A stretch of 64,000 nucleotides of DNA from Narcine bancroftii. Taxonomy: Eukaryota. Within the stretch, counting starts at the first letter, position 1, and every line of letters begins with the position of its first letter. The notes below the pieces were generated by a model that searched no databases, was not told the DNA's origin, and saw only the letters and a list, made by a program, of their open reading frames with translations. This document shows, one piece after another, positions 41,501 through 53,680 of the stretch. The translations under genes were made by a program, and so were the position numbers. The stretch covers positions 232,810,001 to 232,874,000 of the forward strand of contig NC_091473.1 in NCBI RefSeq assembly GCF_036971445.1. The letters are read 5' to 3'.

Positions 41501-41946
41501 ATATTGTTAGAACTCGTAGAATCAAAGACTTGCTGAGCTGAGAGCCTGTTTACAGGCTGAATGTCTCGAAAAGATCTTGGGAAGTGTTGTCAAGTCCAGC
41601 AGCTGGACAATGGTGGAAGGGAAAGCGGATGGGTGTGGGGGGGAATGGGAAGGGCAGTGATTATGTAGCCAATCGAGCAAGAATGCAGTCAGGTTGAAAG
41701 GGATAGTAGGAAAAAAATATCAGTAGTACTCATTTCATGTTGGATAAAGTGGTAAGGGTAAGAAGGATGTGATTCATTTATCTGTTTTCTTTATGATTAA
41801 AGTCATTGTTGATGACAGGGGTTGCGTTTCACTCTTAGGAACGCCCAGTTGGAGTCAGTGATTGGCGCAAAAATGTGGAAGCAATGTCTGGAATGGAAGG
41901 CAGAAAGAAGATGTTTGATGCTGCTAAAGCTCCGTCTGGACAGTAA
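32511..41946 (+). CDS. tnni1: Troponin I, slow skeletal type (tnni1-like), 7 coding exons, 189 aa: [189 protein letters not shown]
   Basis: Manually spliced with GT-AG junctions, frame preserved (14+7+42+132+90+177+108 nt). Contains the TnI motifs DEERYD, the inhibitory/switch region [38 protein letters not shown], and [20 protein letters not shown]- and C-termini resemble TNNI1; paralog assignment needs a phylogeny. Confidence 0.93.
32620..32626 (+). CDS. tnni1: tnni1 7-nt microexon (TGCTGAG)
   Basis: ttttctccatttttcatacag|TGCTGAG|gtaagg; required to restore the frame (14+7=21 nt) to the RKSKI exon. Confidence 0.8.
33120..33790 (-). mobile_element. Highly degraded CR1 fragment
   Basis: Patchy similarity to the CR1 copies at 53005-53680 and 58260-58835. 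Confidence 0.45.
33814..34403 (-). mobile_element. Rex1/Babar-like LINE 3' fragment
   Basis: (TCTGAT)n-like tail with AATAAA on - strand; body encodes [18 protein letters not shown]-like sequence. Confidence 0.7.
34566..34607 (+). CDS. tnni1: tnni1 exon [14 protein letters not shown]
   Basis: ctcag acceptor, AAG|gtaagc donor, 42 nt, TnI N-terminal helix. Confidence 0.93.
35415..35546 (+). CDS. tnni1: tnni1 exon SMLLARAK...PFSQLQ
   Basis: ctctctag acceptor, CAG|gtacat donor, 132 nt open frame. Confidence 0.93.
35769..36433 (-). mobile_element. L1-clade LINE 3' fragment in tnni1 intron
   Basis: ORF 36054..36506 [13 protein letters not shown]...QIWEPY. Confidence 0.9.
36690..37105 (+). mobile_element. 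CR1 LINE fragment
   Basis: [13 protein letters not shown]...LEAVQ..., YEKKLS.LE.RRMKG.L motifs. Confidence 0.8.
37280..38078 (+). mobile_element. Rex1/Babar-like LINE 3' fragment
   Basis: [31 protein letters not shown]; AATAAA + (TCTGAAA)n tail. Confidence 0.8.
38284..38373 (+). CDS. tnni1: tnni1 exon ELCRELHDK...HNKRE
   Basis: ttttag acceptor, GAG|gtatgt donor, 90 nt, [11 protein letters not shown] motif. Confidence 0.95.
40718..40894 (+). CDS. tnni1: tnni1 exon with inhibitory and switch peptides
   Basis: ttttaag acceptor, AAG|gtatga donor, 177 nt; seen within ORF 40637..40900. Confidence 0.97.
41839..41946 (+). CDS. tnni1: tnni1 last coding exon [12 protein letters not shown]...APSGQ*
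   Basis: ctcttag acceptor; [19 protein letters not shown]; TAA 41944-41946 overlaps a gtaagt donor at 41943. Confidence 0.95.
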   Translation, partial: ERPVGVSDWRKNVEAMSGMEGRKKMFDAAKAPSGQ

Positions 41947-42208
41947 GTATGGAAAGAACATTATTCTTTTTTCATATGTACCATTTTTAGTCAGAGTTAT
42001 GAAAATCTGAGTTGCACAGAGTTGAACTGAGAAATCCCCTTTTAATATTTGCTTCAGCTGATGTTTATTGTGCAAACCAGAATTGGATGGGAGCTTGCGG
42101 TGGTTCTCAACTTATACCAATCATGATTTTTATTTTTGAAGAGCAGGTCGCAAAAGGGATATGAGGGTTCTTGATATGTAAAATTTTGATAATATTGCAA
42201 AAAAACGC

Positions 42209-42772
42209 AATATGTATTTTTATTTTCTCTTTTACTGTCAGTAAACATACAAACCAATATGCATTTTTATTTTCTCTTTAACTGTCAGTAAACATACAAA
42301 CCAATATGCATTTTTATTTTCTCTTTAACTGTCAGTAAACATACAAACCAATATGCATTTTTATTTTCTCTTTAACTGTCAGTAAACATACAAACCAATA
42401 TGCATTTTTATTTTCTCTTTAACTGTCAGTAAACATACAAACCAATATGCATTTTTATTTTCTCTTTAACTGTCAGTAAACATACAAACCAATATGCATT
42501 TTTATTTTCTCTTTAACTGTCAGTAAACATACAAACCAATATGCATTTTTATTTTCTCTTTAACTGTCAGTAAACATACAAACCAATATGCATTTTTATT
42601 TTCTCTTTAACTGTCAGTAAACATACAAACCAATATGCATTTTTATTTTCTCTTTAACTGTCAGTAAACATACAAACCAATATGCATTTTTATTTTCTCT
42701 TTAACTGTCAGTAAACATACAAACCAATATGCATTTTTATTTTCTCTTTAATTTTCAGTGAACATACAAACC
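42209..42772. repeat. Minisatellite, 12 x 47 bp, in the last tnni1 intron
   Basis: Unit ATATGCATTTTTATTTTCTCTTTAACTGTCAGTAAACATACAAACCA; internal copies identical, terminal copies slightly diverged. Confidence 0.97.
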
Positions 42773-42988
42773 ATGTTGATGTGTGTTCTTGACTACCAGA
42801 GTTAAAGAACATAGAATGGCAGTCATGCACCATGAATGGAAATGCAGGAATTCACACAAATTTATTGAAACCCATTACATTAAATTCCCCTCTTACATTA
42901 ATAGAAATTACATATCACATACATTTCAGCCAAATCTGTCAGTTTTAGCTCTAAAACCATTCAACTCGCTCCTCCTGCTGTTTTTCAG

Positions 42989-43700
42989 ATAATAGGGACT
43001 AAGAACAATGGAAGAACCCAATGATAAGTATGGTTTAAAGGATTCTTCAACGGGCCACGTGGCACCAATTAAATTACAGACCCAGCCGTCGTGTAGAATG
43101 CAAGAAAATCAATTATTTTTTTCAAGAAGGGAATTTTATTTGGTATCACAAAGCAGATAGTTCTTTTCCATTTCTGACTTTATTGTTCTAGTTGTCAAAA
43201 TGTCTCTTTTACCTCATCCTGGAACAGTTCCAGCACAGGAACTGACCACGAGTAAATTTCACTTTGGACAATGGAAATCCCAAGGAAATAACCTGTAAAA
43301 TACTGAAGCTTTTGGCTTGGTCATGAACACACTGCAAAGTGCTGAATTTGAAAATTAAATTAGCTTAGGTCAATATATTTTTGTCTAGTAATTGTCATTG
43401 GAAATTGCATAATAACTGATCTCTTCTCATGCACTTTAATTATGTATAACTTTCAGATGATTTTACTGCAAGTGGTTCAAGTCAATGATACCTCCATTCT
43501 CATCGTTACCACCTTCACATGTTTGCATTTCCCTACTTTTGAAGACATCCAGAATTACTTGAAGAAACCATGGGTACAACAAGATGAAAGACAATGAAAA
43601 ATATTGTTTTAAGACAATTAATGGAAAGCGAATAAATTTACAAACCATTGTGGTTTTCTACATCTTGTATAAATTCAAATCAAATAAAATTTAACTAATT
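42989..43700 (+). other. tnni1: Probable tnni1 terminal (3'UTR) exon
   Basis: cctcctgctgtttttcag acceptor followed by ATAATAG; unique sequence; AATAAA at 43631 and 43683. Confidence 0.6.
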
Positions 43701-43928
43701 GCATGGGTCAAGTTGTGAATATCAGCCTTTCGTTCTAAATTGGTTGATTTCTTTAGCTGGCTGGATGTTTAGTGAAAAAAGTAATTAATCAACAATATCT
43801 GATGGTACTTTGGTAATGCTTTTTATAAACCAGCAAAAGTGCTAAAATCAAAGATCTTCAGGTCCCATGGTTCCTGTCTGTTTGAATCAAATGAAATTTA
43901 GGGAGTAGAGATTAGTGTAACGGTTAGG

Positions 43929-44351
43929 GCGTTGGTTCTCAATCTTTTTATTTCCTATGGCATAGGTCCTCTGTGATTAGTAAGGGATTAGTTAAGGTGG
44001 TCTGTCCCGCATCAGACTTGTCAGCCACAAACGAGCCTGCAGCTGACGTGGACATTTTACCCCCTCCATAAATCTTCGTCCGCGAAGCCAAGCCAAAGAA
44101 GAAGAAAAGATATTGGTGGAAAGAAAAAGTTGGAAAACCACTGTTTTAATCGTACCAAATTAACTTGTTACGCAACTCCAAAGGAAATGGGTCAATGACA
44201 ATTTTTTTAAAGCAAAATATTTTAATGACAATTGGGTCTAGAGCAGTGGTTCTCAACCTTCCCTTCCAACTCACATCCCACCTTAACCATCCCTTAATGG
44301 GGATTACTTAAAGTGGTATGTGAGTGGAAAGAAAAAGGTTGAAAACCACTG
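43929..44351. mobile_element. Second hAT MITE copy, inside a SINE and interrupted by an RTE tail (44003-44110)
   Basis: Same sequence as 28338-28712; RTE 3' end with GAA tail inside. Confidence 0.8.
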
Positions 44352-44654
44352 AGTTAGTTGTTAATAGAGTAATGCTGTTACAGTACCAGTGATCATGTCT
44401 CTAAGGAGTTTGTATGTTCTCCCAGTGTCTTCTTCGGTTTCCTCTTGGTGCTTTGGTTTCCTCCCACCCTTCAAAATGTTCAGAGATTGTAGGTCATTTG
44501 AGTGTAACTGAGCAATCCGGATTCGTGGGCCAGAAGGGCCTGTTACCGTGTTGTTTGTCTAAATTAAAAAAAAAATTAACATTTAAGAAATAAATTCAAC
44601 AGTTCAAATAACATCCATAAGGGGAAAGGAGCAGTAAATGTTTTGGGTTGTGAC

Positions 44655-45484
44655 CCTGCATCAGACCTACAGAGTGCTATAGCTTTTTTCAGCTCTAGAT
44701 TTTGCTCCTTTAGCAGTCTTTTCCTTAGACTAATACCACACACAAGTCTGTCTTTTATCAGCGAGTCGGTCAGTCCACCAAATTCACACATTTTGCTTAG
44801 GTTTCTCAATTCAGTCAGATATTGATCAATACTTTCTTCCTTTTTCTGTACATGTGAAAAATCTGTGCCTCTCAAAAGTAACATTATGTTTAGGTAAGCA
44901 GTATGCCTCAAACTGTTCCATTATTTTTTCCAGTTTCATTTTGTCTCCTTCAGCAGCAAATGTGAAGTTATTTTACATCTCCAGGGCTTCATCACCATGA
45001 CATGTAAGAAAAATTGATGCTTTCACCTTATCACTTTTCTCATCAGCTCCAACTAAATAAAATCCAAAATGCTGTTTAAATCTGTTCCAATTTTCAGCCA
45101 CATTACCTGCCATCTGATGTTTTGCTGGTGGATGTAATCCTTGCATGTTTCACTGTGTTAGCTTATCTTCACTGATCAGTTGTTGACTTCAGATTTTACC
45201 TTTTAAAATATTTCCTTCTAATTTCATTCATCTCATTTCTGACACCATGTTTCATCTTGTATTCATACGTGCGAGGTCTTAGACAACACATGGATGAAGG
45301 AAAAGGTTCTTTACTTTAAAGTTGATATAAACAGCACCATGAGGCATGCCATGAGGCTGTAAGTCTCCATTACAGATACAGCATACTCTGTGTCCTTCTC
45401 TGTGTCAGCCCATGGTGGCAGCCAAGTCTAATCAAACAGTAAGGCATTGCTAGTTGCATTGCAACCATGATCACCATCATTACA
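44655..45484 (-). mobile_element. Gypsy 5' part: LTR (45248-45484), PBS and gag fragment
   Basis: LTR TG...CA; PBS TGGTGTCAGAA (45247-45237); gag GNVAENWNRFKQ...EESIDQYLTELRNLSKMCEFGGLTDSLIKDRLVCGI. Confidence 0.85.
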
Positions 45485-45489
45485 CTCAC

Positions 45490-46345
45490 CGCCATTCATG
45501 GCCCCAAACAGTGAATGTGTAGAGGTCATCTACTGCATCTGGTGCTCCCTTTGTGGCCTCCTTTACATCAGAGACCCTGGCCACAGACTGGGAAATCACT
45601 TTGTAAAACACCTAGTCTCTGTCCGCTGCAAATGCATGGATCTCCCCGTGGCCACTCATTTTAATTCCACCGTCCTATTTCTTTGCTAATATATCTATCC
45701 AACCCCAACCCCAACCAACCAATCTTCCCCTGCACCTGCTGCAGCCGTGTCTGCCTGTCCCGCATCGGACTTGTCAGCCACAAACGAGCCTGCAGCTGAC
45801 GTAGACATTTACCCCCTCCATAAATCTTCGTCCGCGAAGCCAAGCCAAAGAGAAAGAAGAAGAGAGATATCTATCCATGGTTTTATGCACTGTCAGGCCG
45901 AAGCCATTTGAAAATTCGAGGAACAACACCTCATCATTTGTTTTGCACACTCCAACCGGATGCCTTAATAGCATCTTCTCTGGTTTCCATTAAACTCCCA
46001 CCCCTTCCCTTTTGCCTCTGTCTCTTTTCACAGAACCAAACTCAATTCTCACCTCTCCTCTTATCATATCCAATTAAAACCTTTTATTGGCCTAGATTCC
46101 TCCCCTGCCAGACTTGTCTTCATTCTGACACCTTCCTGTATTAAAACCTTTTATTGGCCTAGACTCCTCCCCTGCCAGACTTGTCTTCATTCTGACACCT
46201 TCCTGTTCTTTGCTTATTCCTTGAAGGGCTCAGCCTCAAAATGTCAGTAATATATCTCTACCTTCTGTGGACACTGTGAGAGTTCTATATAATATTTCTG
46301 TGTGTTTTTACTAAAATCATAGCATCTGCAGACTTTGTCCTTCAC
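45490..46345 (+). mobile_element. Penelope-like GIY-YIG 3' fragment, interrupted by an RTE tail (45702-45866)
   Basis: VIYCIWCSLCGLLYI...DLPVATHFNS; RTE flanked by TSD ATATCTATCCA (45691-45701, 45867-45877); 67-bp tandem duplication 46073-46206. Confidence 0.8.
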
Positions 46346-48817
46346 TCAGTAGTGTAACTCCCAAGTAGCTGGAAGAGCACTGTTCTTTTAGTGGTGTATC
46401 CCTTTGCAAAGATTTCTGCTGCTCTGTTCCATTGTGCCATACTTCAATAGGCAATACACATTGAGACCATTCGTATCTGGTAAACCTCCAATTAAAGTTC
46501 TTGATCTCTGTGTGATTTTCACAAATACCATTAAGATGATCAAGAATGCTAGCTAATGCTCCCCCCCAAAAAAGATGCAGGAATTTCTGGGCCAAGATGC
46601 CCAGTGTTGCTTTGGAAATCTATGGAGGACGGTCCTGACCACAGACCTGAATTCCCAACATAACAGCATTTACCAGAGGTTTTCCCATGTATAATGTAGT
46701 GGGCCATAGAAGAAAGCCCTCCAACAATGAGGAACACAAATATTGGCTTTTACGGTGACACATCCATCTCAAAATGATTCAAGGATTTCGGAACATTATG
46801 ATTATAAAGGGCAGCAGGAATATGCTTTGCATTCTGATGATCATTAATATCAAACAAAAGAGTAGTGAAAATCAACAACATTATGATACAAAGCATACAT
46901 ATTGACCCTTTTATTTTCAAGCCCTTTTCTCATTCACAAATAATTGTGTTTGCTTCTCCTGGTAAAAAAAATGATAGTACTCTTTTGCCAGTAATCTTCA
47001 AATATTCTCAGATAATTACCTCAAAGGGTTTGCCATGTTATCAATGGCCAACTCTTCAATGACCCCCTGCTCCACCATTTGGAAAGTTTGTTAAAATCAA
47101 ATAATCTTGAGGTGTGCTGCACTATTGCAGTAGAGAAAATAGCAAAGAATAATGATGTGATTTTCTTGCATTCTACACTACGGCTGGGTCTGTAATGTAC
47201 TCATTGGTTCAGATCATGGCTTGTTTGTAATTGTGCAGCAGACAGAAAATTTGGGATGGGTCTTGAATTCATTAATTAGTTTCTTGAAGGGTATGGAAGA
47301 ATGGTTCTTGTACTAAACATGTGGAACACAAATATTCTTTACCAATCTGGTCCATGCATAATTCAGTGCCCCCAAACCTACAGCAAAATCTTGGTGGATA
47401 TGGATTAGTTTCAATGTTTCAGGTTATAACTATAATTGAACATAGACATTGATGATACAATTCACCAATTCTTCCCCACCCAATCTTTGGCCAAGAGGAA
47501 TAGAGTATTCATGATGTTAAGAGATTTCTGGGATGACAGAAAAAATGATCTTAGGGAAGTTCTCAGAGACTCTGAGGGAAAAAAAATTGAATATTCTCGA
47601 TGACTCCTGGGAATTCCTGGCATGAAGACACTCAAACTGGAGAGGTACCATGTGGGAAGGCAACTGAACATAATGACATCAAGCATCAGAGGGTGTGGGG
47701 AACATAAGCATTTAAGGCATCATGCCAACCAATTCATTTACCAGCCCTGTCAATTATCTCCTATCCACCCGTGGCAAGGATTGTACATCCTATATTAGCT
47801 CAGAAATCAGAGAATGAGAATGTAAGCTATCATCGACCATGAGGGTCTGCCTAAAACAAAAAAGTAATCTGCAGTGTCCTCTCAGCTACAGAGATCTGGA
47901 TTTGATCATTAAACAAGACAACAATTTTTTTTTCAAAAGGTTTGCTTCCTGAAAATAAATTGGAGATTATTTTTTCAAACTGAACACAAAGATAATTTCA
48001 GATTTGCTGTATCACATGGGAAGTTGGAGAAACATTAAATTAACTTTTATTAAATTTAGCATGTTTAATAGCATAATGACGCTGACACGTTGGATTCAAA
48101 TGACCTAAAAATATTTTGCTGCCGATTTTCATTTATACTCAGCATCTGATGCCTCTTATGTCAAGCGTTCAACAATAGTCAACCAGCATCGATGGATTCC
48201 CGTTGCTCTGATACTGCTTTTCCATGGTCACAATGACCTGGTAAAACCTTTCACCATGTTCGTCATTGCCTACACCAAGATCAGCAAGTATTTTCAATGA
48301 CATGTTGCACTTCACATTTTTGTATGTTTGATGTAGACTTAAAATCTACAGGAATTTATAAAACAGGCTATATCTAAAATAAACGGTACGTGGTAGCAAA
48401 ATGTTTAAGGTGCTCTTCATGATCAGCAGCCCAAAATCAATAAAATACATCTGAAAGTGTTCAGGATGAAAAATCTTCCTTGTCCAGTGTGGCATTTCCT
48501 CTAGGTGCTCTGTTTTCCTCACATATCCCAAAACCTTGAATGTCCCGATGTGTAGATGGGGAGAATTGTTGAGACTAGAAGGAGATTTAAATGGAAATAA
48601 AGTAGGATTTGTTAAACTGGATGCTTAATGATCAGCACCAATTTGATGAGCCAATGCTATATGACTCATTTTATTCATGACTAGTCATTTGATGAGATTG
48701 CAGACAGTTGGGTTTGAACATAATTCCTTCATTGTTGGACATAATTAAAGGTGCCCTCAGCTGACCAAGTTTTCAGCCGATGTATCTCATTTTGGTCCAT
48801 TTAGTTAAATTTTACAT

Positions 48818-49130
48818 TCTCTTGGTGCCTGCCACATTGACCACCGCCAGTGGGCTGATATCGCCTCCAACCGTGCACCTTGGCGCCTCACAGTTCGGCG
48901 GGCAGCAACCTCCTTTGAAGAAGACCGCAGAGCCCACCTCACTAACAAAAGACAAAGGAGGAAAAACCCAACACCCAACCCCAACCAACCAATTTTCCCC
49001 TGCAACCGCTGCAACCGTGTCTGCCTGTCCCGCATCGGACTTGTCAGCCACAGACGAGCCTGCAGCTGACGTGGACTTTCTACCCCCTCCATCAATCTTC
49101 GTCCGCGAAGCCAAGCCAAAGAAGAAAGAA
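48818..49130 (+). mobile_element. RTE LINE 3' end
   Basis: Near-identical to 9715-10020. Confidence 0.9.
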
Positions 49131-49179
49131 CATTTTATTTAAAGCTGATTCTGACCATTTAAACCCATGCTGCCCAATT

Positions 49180-49740
49180 CTTCTTTCTTCTTTGGCTTGG
49201 CTTCGCGGACAAAGATTGATGGAGGGGTAATGTCCACGTCAGCTGCAGGCTCGTTTGTGGCTGACAAGTCCAATGCTGGACAGGCAGACACGGAAAATTG
49301 GTTGGTTGGGGTTGGGTGTTGGGTGTTGGGTTTTTCCTCCTTTGTCTTTTGTCAGTGAGGTGGGCTCTGCGGTCTTCTTCAAAGGAGGTTGCTGCCCGCC
49401 GAACTGTGAGGCGCCAAGATGCACGGTTTGAGGCGATATCAGCTCACTGGCGGTGGTCTTTAGGCAGTCCTTGTACCTCTTCTTTGGTGCACCTCTGTCT
49501 TGGTGGCCAGTGGAGAGCTCGCCATATAACACGATCTTGGAAAGGCGATGGTCCTCCATTCTGGAGACGTGACCCACCCAGCGCAGCTGGATCTTCAGCA
49601 GCGTGGATTCGATACTGTCGGCCTCTGCCATCTCGAGTACTTCGATGTTGGTGATGAAGTCGCTCCAATGAATGTTGAGGATGGAGCGGAGACCACGCTG
49701 GTGGAAGCATTCTAGGAGCCGTAGGTGATGCCGGTAGAGG
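49180..49740 (-). mobile_element. RTE LINE 3' fragment inserted in a SINE
   Basis: ORF 49239..49796; 13-bp TSD ATGCTGCCCAATT at 49167-49179 and 49776-49788. Confidence 0.9.
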
Positions 49741-52700
49741 CCCATTTCAGTGCTTGACGTCCTGTTTTGCGGAAAATGCTGCCCAATTATACCCAAATTA
49801 ACCTACAACCCTGAACGTTGGAGGGCGGGAAGAAACTGGACAAGATGTAAAATTGAATTCTATGTTTGTAAAAACAAAATGGCTGCTAAAATGGTGGAAT
49901 AGATCTGAAATGGGGAATATATAGCAACTAAATATCTTTGAACCTAATGGGCAGATCACCCTTTCAGTTTGTACTATGGGAATATTGTGGTTGCTTCTGG
50001 GGAGTATAATTTTCACAGGATATTATATGCATAAAACAATAAATTGCTGGGTGGTGAAGCGGCCACAAAGGATATTTTAGCAGATCTATTTCACACCAGC
50101 TGATCTATGGAGAAGGTGGAAGAATAGAAGAATAGAGGTAACTACCATGCCAGGGATTCTGACATCAGCCTCTCGCTCATGACCATGAACAACGAATCAA
50201 ATTCTATCCAGTGTATACAACTGGGCATGCAATGGAATGGGATTCTTCTATCCCGCTTGAATGTGTGCTGAAACAAAATCTCCTCTGTTAAAGAGAAAGT
50301 GGAGTTCTGGTTGGTGGTTTCCTGCAGATTTCATTCTCTAGCAGCAGGTGGATTGTTGCCAGGACATCCCAATTTTAAAAAAAATCTCATATTGAAAATC
50401 TTAAGGCTGGGAAGGAATATGGCAAACTATAGAGAAAGAAAATGGACAACATATTAACTGCATTAAAGTTTATTTCAAAACAGGTTAATTCACGACAACT
50501 CAAAGATTTAGGGCAGGGGGTAGGGGGTGATGGAGAGGGCAAAAACAATGTAGGTGATAGAGGAGAACACTAACAGAGGCGATATGAAACTAGTGTTGGT
50601 GGCTTTTGCACAGACTCCCGTCTCAGAATGTACTTGGATTTTAAGGTTGGAGTTGCTACGTGTTACAAGTAAGTAAAGTGCGGAAACAAACATGACACTG
50701 AAACTTGTAATCATCAATTTAGCTGTGAACGAAGCTGAGATTGTATAAGAGTCACAGGAGGAGGTGTTACTCTGCACTGGACCAATTTAATTTGTAGTTT
50801 ACCTGGATGATAGCTGCAAATGACAGACTGAAATAACATACTGAACGTTGCCGTCATCCACAGGCCATGATGAGGTTTTGCCAGAAGTCACTGTTTCCTC
50901 TCTACTCGTGAAATTGATCCAGTGAAGGAGGAACCATCTCAAACTGAGATGAGTGAAGAAGTAACCAGACAGTAGAATTTATGTATGGAAATGTATACCA
51001 TATATCTCATGTAAAAGTTAACCCTCTATTTTTGGCTAATAAATCTTTAATTTTCCACATATCTCGTGTAAAAGTCAACCCTAGTCTCTCACCTCTGATT
51101 TAAGAATACCTGAAAATGGCCCAATTTAGCTAGTGCTTCTGGCATGGCCGCATAATTGTTTTCCCACATTACAGTGTGCATATTCCAAAATTACAACTGC
51201 AAAGTCTTTAAAGCACTGAGTTAAAAGGTTCCTTCATGGCTTTTACAATTTTTTTTATGAACTCACCAATGTTGTCTATTCCATGGCTCATATTACCAGG
51301 AAGAATATTGTCTTTCTTTTTCAACATATGGTTGTATTTCTCCATTCTTTATTCAACAATCTTGTTCTTTCTGAAGAATATTTCCGTTCTTTCAATGCAC
51401 TGGGACAATAGCAAAGCTTCTTTAATTTCTGAAGCTGCCATAACTATTGCTTCACCTCAAGAGACTTGTTCTTGTTTCATTCAAACTTATTCATGAATCT
51501 GGAGCTCCCCCAGATAGCAACAAACTCCTCAACAACATGGCATTAGAAAGTTGTTTCAGTTGCTCTTCACCAACACAAAGATAGAGCTACCAAAATTTAA
51601 AAAAAATCTAACTACAGATGGTCAATAATTATCCAACAGCAGTGGCTGCTATCAGCTGTTATCTGTGTGCGCACCATCATTTTTTAAGCACCACTTAGAT
51701 TACATGTTTCAGATATGTAAGTTACCCAATTAGACGATGGGCAGATTCTTCCAACAAATCCCTTACTAATGTTGTCCAAGGCATTCCAGCCCCTTTCTTT
51801 GTTGCAGGGCCATATCCGACCAGATGTATCTGCTATACGAATATAAAATGTTCAAACCACCAGCTCTGCCTCTATCACCAACCCCAATACTTGATCAAAA
51901 CTAAGGTATGCATAATTTTGAGAAATTCAGACTTACAAGGATATGATCTTTACTCCTTCTGAATTTTAAATTTAGACATACAGCTTGGTAATAAACCCAT
52001 CCAACCCATGAGCCTGTCCCGCCCAAATACCCCAATTGACCTAAAACACCCATAGGTTTTGAAGAGTTGGAGGAAACTGGAGTGCCCAGAAGAAACCCAC
52101 GCAGACTTGGGGGAACGTACAAATTCTTTTCAGACAGAGCAGGATTCGAATCCGGACCACTGGCATTGTAATTGCATTGTGCTAACCACAAAGCTAACCT
52201 TGGTACCATTTTTTTTTACCATTTTGCTTTAATCATTTTAATATGAAACAAGTTGGTTTTAATAGTTACCATGTTTCTCCTTTTGATTCAATAATGTCAC
52301 TATTTCAAAAGGACCCACGACAGCAAATGAGTGGGCTGAGAAAGTCCCCTCAGTGGAAATGGATGACTGTGCTAATTTTTAATTTTGATGTTTGAGTTGT
52401 TAACTCCCCTCTATCTTAATGGAGTATATATCCTTTACATTTAATAAACATTACTTGTTGATTGGGATTGCCTTGATGACATGCAATCTTTTAATTCACA
52501 TGTCCAAAGCCAACCAGGACCATAACTCATTCAAGGTAGCCTCATTGATGAAAATATTGATGCAATTGCAAACCTTTTTGAAATAAGCCTTTAGTATCCT
52601 TTGCCACTGGTAGAACGGTTCTATTGGACTCTGCCTCAAAAGTCTGAAACATCCTCCGTACTTATTAACCTTCATCAACCCTTTCTAGGGTAACCTCCTC

Positions 52701-53004
52701 AGTTACTGATGTTCATTCCTGCCAAGCAAATTCAGCCTCCGTCTTTAGACCATGTGCACATGGAATCAACAGATTTTTTGTTCATATATTCACAGGAAGT
52801 GGATATGTTGGCAGAATTTATTATTTATCCATTATTGCCCCTGAACCAAGGTAGGATTGAACAAACATTTGTCAAGAGTTCTATCTAAGGATGGCATATT
52901 TCCTTCCCTGAAGGATATTAGTGAACTTAATAGCTTGTCCATCACAGAGACCAGAAAAAAGTTACGATTTGATTTGTTGACACTCAACTTTGTTGCATTC
53001 ATAA

Positions 53005-53680
53005 GAATATAAGAAATAGAAGCAGAAGTAGGCCATCTAGCATTCAATGCAATCATGGCAGATCTGATGATAGATTCATTTCCACCTACATGTCTTTTTT
53101 TCAGATCCCTTACTTCCCTTAATATGTAAAAATCTACCCAACTTTGTCTTAACTATATTTACTGAGGTAGTCTCCAATGCTTCAATGGCAGTGAATTCCA
53201 TAGATTCACCACCGTCTTGGAAAAGCAGTTCCTCCTTATCTCCAACCTAGATCTACTACCCTGAATCTTGAGGCTATATCCGCTAGTTCTGGTCTCCCCT
53301 ACCATGGAAACATGGTCTCCCCTACCTCTATCTTATTTATGCCTTTCATAATTTTATATATTTCTATAAGATCCCCTCTCATTCTTCTAAAATCCAGCGA
53401 GTACAGTCCAAGATAACTCAATCTCTCCCTTAGGCTAACCCCTTCATCTCTGGAATCAACCTGATGAGCCTCCTCTGCACTGCCTCCAAAGCCAGGATAT
53501 CCTTCTTCACATAAATGACTAGAACTGCATGCAGTACTCCAGATGCAGCTTCACAAGTACCTTGTACAGTCCAGCATAACTTCCCTGCTCTTAAATTCTA
53601 TCCCTCTAGTAATGAAGGCCAACATTTCATTTGCCTTCTTGACAGAGCTTGCTGGACCTGCAAACCAACCTTTGCACAAT
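53005..53680 (-). mobile_element. CR1 LINE 3' fragment
   Basis: Minus strand HLEYCMQF...ALEAVQRRLIRLIPEM...RRMRGDLIEIYKIMKG. Confidence 0.85.

Noticed and set aside
42209-42772. CRISPR-like array
   Set aside because: Head-to-tail identical units with no spacers.
50990-51700. Possible pogo/Tc1 transposase remnant
   Set aside because: A repeated subterminal-like motif (ATATCTCRTGTAAAAGTYAACC) is present, but I could not read a convincing transposase peptide.
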